This document shows positions 55,051-64,000 of a stretch of DNA of 64,000 nt, piece after piece. This stretch comes from Octopus sinensis. Lineage: Eukaryota. The stretch spans positions 68,820,001 through 68,884,000 of the forward strand of contig NC_043005.1 of the NCBI RefSeq assembly GCF_006345805.1, read 5' to 3'. How positions within the stretch are numbered: the first letter of the stretch is position 1; every line of letters starts with the position of its first letter. The notes under the pieces are model-generated. The model was not told where the DNA came from. It saw only the letters and a program-made list of their open reading frames with translations, and did not search any database. Position numbers and translations under genes: made by a program.

Positions 55051-56561
55051 AGCCCTACCCACCGTCTAAGTAATTTTATTGACATTGTTTTGAAACCACT
55101 ATGTACTTACATACCCAGTTTCATCAGGGATGACATCGACTTCCTGTCCCGTCTTCCCCAAAACAACAGAAACAAATTCAGTTTTACTAAGTTTTGATGT
55201 GGTAAGCCTCTACACCAATATTCCAATAGGAATAAAGGCGATTAAATACTGGTTAGAAAAACATAGAGAAGTGATTCCCAGCAGATTCACAGTGCCATTT
55301 ATATTAGACACAGTCAAACTTATTCTAGAAAACAATACATTCTTCTTCAATGGAAAGAATTACATCCAAATTAGAGGCACGGCGATGGGAACGAGGTTTG
55401 CTCCCGTTTACGACAACTCTGTAATTGGATACTTAGAACAACAACTCTACCAAGAGGTGGAGGTAAACTATGGCACTGGATTTAGAAAGTATATTGAAAA
55501 GGCATGGAAGAGATACCTTGACGACTGCTTCATAATCTGGACAGAATCTCTAAATACTCTGGAAGAGTTCAATATCCTCCTGAACAACCTACACCCATCT
55601 CTCCAATTACAAAGGAGATAAGTAGTACCAAATTACCATTCCTAGATATAATGGTAATTAAAAAAGACACACCATCACCACAGATATATACTATAAACAC
55701 ACAGACACACATCAATACCTAAATTTTAAGTCGTGCCATCCACCACATGCAAAACGCAACATCCCATACTGCCTAGCCAGAAGAATTTGTACCATTATAG
55801 ATGATGCAAATATCAGGAACAAACGCCTAATAGAACTAAGAGAATTTTTGCTCAAACAAAAATACCCATCTCTACTTATAGAAAATGGCATACAGCGGGC
55901 TATAAAAATACCCATACAACAACTTAGGTAGGACAACCCAAGGAAGAGGAAAACAAGAACAAGTCATACCATTCATAGTGGCACACAACCCATGTCACCA
56001 GAATATTTTCAACATTGCAAAAGCAAACCTACCAATCATTGCCCAAAGTAATGAATTAAAAGGCATAATCACGGATCGAGCTATGGTGCTTAGTAAAAGA
56101 CAGCCTAAAAACTTGAAAAAATTACTAACAAAGGCAAAATTTGACCTTAGCAACAAAGACCAAACATTCACTGTATCTAAATGCAATGATAATCGATGTG
56201 ACACATGCCAATTCATACATACCGACCAATATATAAAGACAAAAACCGGGAAAATATTCACAAACGCGAATATGAACTGCAAAGGCAGAAATTTAATTTA
56301 CTGCATCAAATGCCCAAATTGTGAAGAAATATATGTAGGTCAGACAGGAAACGCACTATCAGAACGCTCACGTGTATCCGGCAACAGATTAGAGACCCAG
56401 AGGTCCGTCAGATACCTTTGAGTAACCACCTAGCAACATGTGGCCGGAAAATGTATATAATATTTCCGTTCTACAAATTACACAGCCCAAGTGAAATCGA
56501 GAGGAGAATCAGAGAAAAGAATTTTATTGATAAATTCGAACCCAAGCTAAATAAGCAATAG
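55051..56561 (+). pseudogene. Penelope-like retroelement RT + GIY-YIG, 5'-truncated and frameshifted
   Basis: RT motifs SFDVVSLYTNIP, GTAMGTRFAP and RYLDDCF; Cys linker KCNDNRCDTC; endonuclease NLIYCIKCPNCEEIYVGQTG. Ends ..FEPKLNKQ*. Confidence 0.95.
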
Positions 56562-57165
56562 TAATAATACTTAGATAGCAGGAAAATTATCTTATTTAGG
56601 GTTAAAAGTTCTATTGCCACCACCATCACCACTAGCAACAATAATTAAGGTGCTGACAATGATGATGCTGGCAATTGAAATATAAAAATATAAAAATCTC
56701 TGACAAAGGCAATTTACACCATTTCTAAAAATAGCCCAACAATTGCTGCTTCGGCCAGGGTCAAGGTACAGGACTCTTGACATGTCCAACAAAGCGTGAC
56801 GCCTAAACCAGTCAGCTCAACCAACCAATCAGCTTAAGTAATTGAGTGATGCTACACACTGATTGGTCACTGATTGATTACAAAACCTAGCATTTGGAGC
56901 CTACCCAACTGTATTTAAAGCACATATTCAATCATCTCGCTACAGTCAAAAATTGTGAAGCATGACTGTCACCACTACTACATGAACCTGAAGATTGCAG
57001 AATTTAATGCATGAAAGTACTAGTTCAATGAGAATGAACATTTAACATTCTATTATTTTATTTTATTTTATTATATTATCTTATATCATTATCAGATTGT
57101 AAATAAAACGTGAAAATCAGACAAGGTCGGACTTCCTTTTATTAATATATTCTTCTATACACAAT
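56562..57165 (+). mobile_element. 3' pseudo-LTR of the Penelope-like element
   Basis: Follows the endonuclease stop. Contains CCAAT/ATTGG boxes, TATTTAAA, a hammerhead and AATAAA (~57102). Confidence 0.7.
56981..57030 (+). ncRNA. Minimal type I hammerhead ribozyme of the PLE
   Basis: CATGAAC-CTGAAGA-t-TGCA-gaatttaa-TGCA-t-GAAA-GTAC-TA-GTTC(a)ATG, with palindromic stem III AGTACT. Confidence 0.85.
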
Positions 57166-57311
57166 GGCAGTCATATAAATATAAGACTAAAGCTGTCGCT
57201 GATTAGCTCCAAGAGGCAATCGCCTCTAGCTAGCTATATGACACACGAACCTGAGTCCATTACAGCCTTCGAACAGGGGAGGTCAGCCGCTTCACATTGC
57301 TAGTGAGACAT

Positions 57312-57352
57312 CTGCAGACATGTTTCAGGGTTGTTGCCCTTTATCAATGCAG
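57312..57352 (-). ncRNA. Minimal type I hammerhead, U3:A8 variant
   Basis: Minus strand reads CTGCA-TTGATAA-AGGG-caacaa-CCCT-GAAA-CATG-TC-TGCAG. Confidence 0.8.
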
Positions 57353-57675
57353 CGTAGTCAGATTCAGCCGGAGTCGCTACTGACCGTCTGTTCGAAGGTT
57401 GTAATGGACGCAGGTTCGTGTGTCAAATAGCTAGCTAGAGGCGATGGCCTCTTGGAGCTAATCAGTGACAGCTTTAGTCTTATATTTATAAGACTGTCAT
57501 ATTAGTATGGCGATAACTATTAATATCCAGTAACGCTGCCGTAATCTCCTTTAGAGAGACTTAGTAATTTTAATACTTCTATTATTGAAAACAGGTGGAT
57601 GTATTCCACTGTAACTAGGTAAATAAAATCTTCGAACAGACGGTCAGTAGCGACAACTGCTGAGTCTGACTACGC

Positions 57676-57714
57676 TGCATTGATAAAGGGCAACGACCCT
57701 GAAACATGTCTGCA
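57676..57714 (+). ncRNA. Minimal type I hammerhead, U3:A8 variant
   Basis: TGCA-TTGATAA-AGGG-caacga-CCCT-GAAA-CATG-TC-TGCA. Confidence 0.8.
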
Positions 57715-57882
57715 TATGTCTGACTAGCAAGGTGAAGCGGCTGACCTCCCCTGTTCGAAGATTGTAATGGACACAGGTTCGTGTGTCATATAGCTAGCTA
57801 GAGGCGATGGCCTCTTGGAGCTAATCAGCGTCTGCTTTAGTCTTATATTTATAAGACTGCCATATTAGTATGGCGATAACTA

Positions 57883-57932
<50 letters not shown>

Positions 57933-58068
57933 CATACATAAAAATAATGTTTGTGGTGTGTGTGTGTGTGTGTTAAGGTACAAATTAACATACCCTAAGT
58001 TTCAATTAATTGGTGATTGCATTTTAAAAAAACATGTATTCAAATATACACAGCAAATATACATATGC

Positions 58069-58125
<57 letters not shown>

Positions 58126-58127
<2 letters not shown>

Positions 58128-58435
58128 CAGGACCAGATACTGCAACAGCTTCAGATGACCACAGCTCTTTAACATCCTCCCTAAATGCCTGAGAGACTTG
58201 CATGCTGTGGATGTGGGTTTCTTTAAAACTAAACTGGATCTCTTCTTGTCGGGGATCCCACATGAACCTACCTCACGACAGGAGACACAGAAGCGGGCAG
58301 CGACATCGAACTCCCTTGTTGACCAAGTGCCACCTATCAGAGGTGGATTCACATATTAGTGTAGCTCATTTAGTGGTGGTGCCCCAGCATGGCCGCGGCC
58401 TTCGGGCTGTAACATTTTTAAGGATTTAAGGATTT
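58126..58435 (+). mobile_element. 3' end of a CR1/L2-group LINE (ORF2 C-terminus, 3' UTR, short-repeat tail)
   Basis: My translation: PQLFNILPKCLRDLHAVDVGFFKTKLDLFLSGIPHEPT...RAATSNSLVDQV. The tail ends (TTTAAGGA)2. Clade assignment is tentative. Confidence 0.8.
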
Positions 58436-59348
58436 ATATATCTACATACATATATATATATATATATACATTTGACTTGTGGATAATTATTTTCTGTCCC
58501 CATATTTAGTATGCACAATGAAATTCAGAATATTTTTGTTCATTATTATTAATCTATACAAGTATTTAGTAAACTGTTCCGTAGAAATGAATGACACATT
58601 AGTTCAGTGAGGGATCAGATAGATAAGTGGTAGATATATCGATAGATAAATAGGTTGACACATAGTTAAATAGATGGATAGATATATAGAGAGTTTGATA
58701 GATGGACAGGTAGACAGGCAAATAGAAAAGTACAGACAATGTTGTAATTTGACCTGGAAAACAACAATAAGTCGAAATAAACTAAAAATAATGTTGCTGA
58801 ACTAAAATAGTAGTTTCTGTATTTCTTGTATTTTTAGTTTAAGTATATAACCCAATATATTCAAGAAGCTATTCCTTTTCAAACTAATAACAACCAGAAA
58901 GTTTCAACGTTAAATATTTGATATTATAAACTTACGTAAAAAGATACATAATAACTATCTATATAAAATTTTAAAAAGTATTTTCCTTTTTTTAAAAAGG
59001 CTAGCGTGTTTTTTCCTAAATTTCCAGGTTAAAATCTTCCTTTTTTCTGTACTTTTCCCTGTCCAACTCTCAGACGTTTTCTAGTATTCGGTGCCCGCAT
59101 TCTAATCCACATTTTTCCTGACTATTCTATTATTTGTATTATTATTATAACTAATTGTACGCCCTTTATGACAGAAAAAGTGATAATAACGTATTTTCTT
59201 CGATGCAGATTTAGCACCTAAAAAAACAACAAAGGATTAATTGCTGCATATATGTTAGAAATAAATATATTTTTCCCAAGTTTTATAATAACAAAATGTT
59301 ATCTTATCTAAACAATTAATAATAAATTTTTAATGATTGGCTTTTTTT

Positions 59349-60040
59349 ATTAATAGAGGTAACAAAAGTGACGGAGAGAACTGATTAGCACCGCTTTTCG
59401 AAACATAAGAGTTCAACTCACTGTCTTAATTGACTGACAAAAGGAGGTAAGTCCCCAGCGTACATAGTCGGATCTCAATTTCGGATTTTGACGTAGACCT
59501 CAGCAGTGGCTCTTAACGCCTAGGGTTAAACTCAACTCAGTCTTATAAGTAAGAATAAAAAAAAAATATTGAAAAGGTGTCCTGATTTCGAAAACGGTAA
59601 ACGTGTAAAAAAATAAATTACGCTTGGGACTTATCTGCCTTTGTCAGGAACTGAAGACTGTGTGTTTGTGGTTTTGAGTTTAACTCTTATGTTTATCAAA
59701 AGCGGTGCCAGTCGTTACCCTCTATCACGTTTCTGACCTCTATTAATTTTGCCTTTAGGTTTTTAATTTGTTGTCTACACTTTTACGATTTTGGAAATCT
59801 GCACAGATTTTCAATGGTTTTTCTTATACGACTGAGAGACGTAGTTGAGTTTAAGAGCCGTTGTTGAGCATTAAAATGGTCTACATAAAAATCCGAAATC
59901 CGAAACGCTATCTGCTTGGGACGTACCTTACTTTGTGTGTCATATCAGACAATGCGCTTTTGGCTTTGAGTTAGTTTAGCTCATATTTTTAGCAAAATCG
60001 GTGCCAGTCAGTACCATCTGTTACTTTTGTGACTTCTCCT
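59349..60040. mobile_element. MITE/foldback element: TIR pair 59349-59747 plus a second, more diverged right arm (~59830-60040)
   Basis: Termini ATTAATAGAGGT...ACCTCTATTAAT. GCACCGCTTT/AAAGCGGTGC and TAAGTCCC/GGGACTTA pair internally. Confidence 0.75.
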
Positions 60041-60109
60041 TCTCCCTCTGTCTGTCTGCCTCTCTCTCTCTATATATATTTATATATCTGTTTCTGTGTG
60101 TGTATATAT

Positions 60110-60204
<95 letters not shown>

Positions 60205-60353
60205 ATAGATGAGTGTATTTTTACCTTGTTAACAATTAACACGGAAAAATAAATAAATAGTTACCAGGGCAGCAAAATTCTCACAAGTAAAGATGTTGTA
60301 ACTCCTCGTTTATAAAGGTTGAAACTTCGTGTTTACGTTGAATATTTTGAATA

Positions 60354-60428
60354 ATATGAATAAAAAATGGAGTTAACGCAGGTTTAATACATGTTTAAAC
60401 CTGCGTTAACTCCATTTTTTATTCATAT
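60354..60428. repeat. Perfect 34-bp-arm palindrome
   Basis: ATATGAATAAAAAATGGAGTTAACGCAGGTTTAA-tacatgt-TTAAACCTGCGTTAACTCCATTTTTTATTCATAT. Confidence 0.95.
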
Positions 60429-60441
60429 ATATTCATATATA

Positions 60442-60498
<57 letters not shown>

Positions 60499-61306
60499 AT
60501 CCACATATATGTGTGCGCGCGCGTATGTATCAAGCTACCAAGTCATAAACATGATGCGTTTCTCTATTTACAATACTGCATATTAGTTATAGTGTTTTCT
60601 AGCATGTTGTCATGATCATTTTTGTTAATAAATTTGATTGGAGAGGTTTTGATCTTCAAAGAAATGAAGTTTCTAAAGAATAAAGAATTGGATAATATAT
60701 ATTGGTACTCGGAATCTGATAAAAAAACATGAAATACGAAAACAACAGGAAATGCGAAAACAAATGAGTTCAATACGCAAGCAACGAATGAAGCAAATGG
60801 AAAAAGGCACAAGTAATATAAAGAACGACCATTCATCACTTATCGGCTGTCTATTTACTCCACATTTCGAGCATTGAACGACAATATGAGTCTTCGAAGA
60901 CAGTTGCTTCCATCAGTACCAAAATATAATTGCGCATGAGTATGAATAAAATTGCATAAGTATAGGCTTCGTCTAAGTATAAGGCCTTAGACATGTTCAA
61001 AGGCTGTTTGCCTCGGTTTGGATTATGTATCTTCCTTTACATTGCAGAAGTATAACGACTACATGATACAGTAATCCTACGAATAATTTCAATCACAATA
61101 ACATGAGGCAGAACAAAATTTATTAAAGTTTATGCATATCAGCAATAAGAGCAATAAGAGGAATAAGTGTTGTTTCTATAACTATGATTTTGTTCTTCTC
61201 GACAAATTCTTACAGAGTCTAAACAAAAGTACCACACATATATATACATTCTCCTTATAATTTAATTGTGGTGAAACGTAATATATATATACATATATAT
61301 ATATAT

Positions 61307-61388
<82 letters not shown>

Positions 61389-61499
61389 ATGCGTGTGTGC
61401 GTGTGTGTGTGTGAAAAGCACGTTCAGTCCATCGTCTATTACTAATATTTTAATACTATATACGTATTCATGTAAGAGGGGGAGAGAAAGCATATAACA

Positions 61500-61628
61500 G
61501 ACACAAACAACCAAACGTAATTTTTTGCCCAAATTCTCATTTTCTGAATCGAATAGATATAGTGTTTGTCGTTTACCGTATTTAATTTCACTACAGTTAT
61601 ACGATATATATATATATATATATATAAT

Positions 61629-61685
<57 letters not shown>

Positions 61686-62570
61686 GCAGCGAAGAATTCT
61701 GATGAGCAAGAGGTGAAGAAATCACGAAAGACCGTTTTTGTATCTTCTTGCGATTTTAATGTTTTTCCTTGCAAAGATTTGTCTAATACCTGGAAAGCGT
61801 GATAGTCTCAGGCAGTGCAAGCTCTGGTGGATACGGTGGATGATAAAGTGCATCCAAGTTCAGGTCGAGTAACTTGAATAGCTTTCTTAGTGCAACATAT
61901 GGTCAAGCATATGCCTTGCAAGTGAACTGACCTCTCTCTATTGACCAATCTCGTTTATATAATTGCAAGTTCACACCTAATTTCATCCAACTAGTTGATG
62001 TATACATCCGCTGTGATTGACTTGCTAAGCCTGATGAAGCTGTAGTGAAAAGTATGCATTCATCATACGAAACAATAGACATAAAATTTGTTTGCATTAA
62101 TCCTGCGACGGCAAAAAACAGTAAGTTTTAAGACAACGTGTCATTTGATGCTCGTTCAGTTCCTGTGGAACCAAGTTGTCCAGGTTCTTTACCTTGTCGA
62201 TTTGTTTCAGATTGTCCAATAAAGATGGAATCGAAATATCAATCTATGCTACTAGTTTGAGGTGTATCGTCGTTCACTAGAATTTCCCGCCCATCATTAT
62301 GCACATTGGTCTCAGGTGTACCAAGGGGCTGATTTTCAAGTGTGTAGTCACCAGACCGGGACTTCTGAAACCATTGATGCACAGTGCGTTGATTCAACAA
62401 GTCTTCACTTCACACCTCTTTGATATTTCGAGCTGACTGGGATGCATGATACAACGATGGGACTCATATTCATAAATGGCACGAATATTCGATCTCTCCA
62501 TGGGTTCACAAAAATTGAAATGTAACAGATAACTCACAAAATAATTAGACACCATTACTTGCATCTCTAA
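61500..62570 (-). mobile_element. Mariner relic resembling Hsmar1/cecropia type, interrupted by (TA)n at ~61604-61682
   Basis: HPPYPPELA..DYHAFQVLDKSLQGKTLKSQEDTKTVFRDFF (cf. HPPYSPDL...DYHFF..LDNFLQGK). N-terminal VHQWFQKSRSGDYTLE. Confidence 0.85.
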
Positions 62571-62696
62571 AAGTGATGATGTAATTCTTTAATGTAAAAG
62601 TAAGAACTGTCAGGATACAAATTTTGAATTAACGATTGTCGGATTTGGTGCGTAAACACTCAGCATTTTATTTTTAAGGGCCTGGTATGTATTTAC

Positions 62697-62773
<77 letters not shown>

Positions 62774-62821
62774 TATGCATATACATATATACATACATAC
62801 ATACATAATGTATGTATATAC

Positions 62822-62876
<55 letters not shown>

Positions 62877-62886
62877 ATAGTATATA

Positions 62887-62938
<52 letters not shown>

Positions 62939-63348
62939 ATATATATGTGTATATATATATATATATACATACTTTTATACTTTAAGAAATCATTGCGAAA
63001 ATTATATGCTGAACACCAAAGCACTGCTTGCGTGTTACACTTAGTTCACATACGTCATACTCTCAGGACCCCTATGTAAATTTCAATAGAGTTATACACC
63101 ATAATATCATGTAATGAAAGAGAACAAAAGAAGAATTAGATAATTACATATATTAGCCTGGACATATATCCATAAAACAGAACAGTCATGAATTCATCAT
63201 GATATATAATAGCAGTGACCATACTGTGAGAATGGACACTGGAAATTATCACTTCTGTGTGTATTGTTCCTTAGCGTGGGCACAGCCCTAGGCTAATCAG
63301 ACTATATGTGTTAATTGTGCAACTTCTGTAGTATTGTCATTTATTAAT

Positions 63349-63391
<43 letters not shown>

Positions 63392-64000
63392 CATACATAC
63401 ATATACATATACACATACATATACATATACATGTGTGTGTGTGTGTGCATAGATATCTTTTTTTAGTTATGTAGATACTTTTATTTATATATATTGTATA
63501 TAATATATTGTCATTAGTTAAAAGCTACATTGGCGCAACGTGTTGACACAAACAGGATTCAATCAGAGGGTGGTGTTGTTGGGTTGAATGGTATGATAAT
63601 TATTGTGCTGGTGGTCCCTATTATGACAGGAGGTACATTTGGGCGTTGTGGAGGTGTATGTAGATGTATGTATTTGTGAGTTTATGGGTTGCGGGTGTAG
63701 CAGGGGAGAGATTAGAAATATAAGGATAGGAGAATATTTTAGGTAGTAAGTAAAATTCGGACAGAAAACTGTAATTAAAAATGATTAAGAAGGAGTTAAA
63801 AAGGAAGAAAATTATTCTTGGTTTAATACAGAATAGTACTGAGGGTGGATGAGTGGGAACTATACACACACACACACATGTATATATATATATATATAAT
63901 ATATACTTCAAATAGAGTTAGAATTTATGAATTCTACCAACTAAGTGATACTATTTACCCAATTACTAATGCACAAGTCTTGGTTATTGCGTGGTAATGA

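Larger units (their letters stand above)
57166..57888 (+). mobile_element. Retrozyme/pLTR-like repeat: inverted partial unit (57166-57397) plus ~1.4 tandem units (period 363 bp)
   Basis: CTGTTCGAAG.TTGTAATGGAC at 57388 and 57751. 57166-57397 is the reverse complement of ~57630-57862. Ends in (TA)n. Confidence 0.88.

Noticed and set aside
60815-60890. Minus-strand CGAAA...GTGATGA in a probable repeat
   Set aside because: The core is mutated and I could not build consistent helices.
60960-61130. Possible hAT dimerisation-domain remnant on the minus strand
   Set aside because: Similarity is too weak to support by eye.
61695-61740. CTGATGAG...CGAAA hammerhead-like string (also CTGATGA...GAAA near 62031)
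   Set aside because: Lies antisense within mariner coding sequence, and stems I and III do not form.

Overview
AT-rich, microsatellite-dense animal DNA. The SINE families, Penelope-like elements (PLEs) and (TA)n/(CA)n load suggest an octopus or other coleoid cephalopod (inference). I could not support any intact host gene; most listed ORFs are microsatellite translations. The window holds decayed mobile elements: a PLE with RT, GIY-YIG and pseudo-LTR (55.05-57.16 kb), two other PLE fragments, three mariner relics, a MULE relic with TIRs, a MITE, R4/Dong-like and CR1/L2-like LINE ends, two tRNA-SINE families and two long inverted duplications. The most interesting signal is non-coding: six type I hammerhead ribozyme motifs (two degenerate) plus a mirrored copy. 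They include a ~330-360 bp retrozyme-like repeat whose core carries a compensatory U3:A8 pair and a 139-bp palindrome with a hammerhead on each strand. At three loci an inversion breakpoint falls at the helix that closes the ribozyme. All folds and alignments were done by eye; boundaries are approximate.
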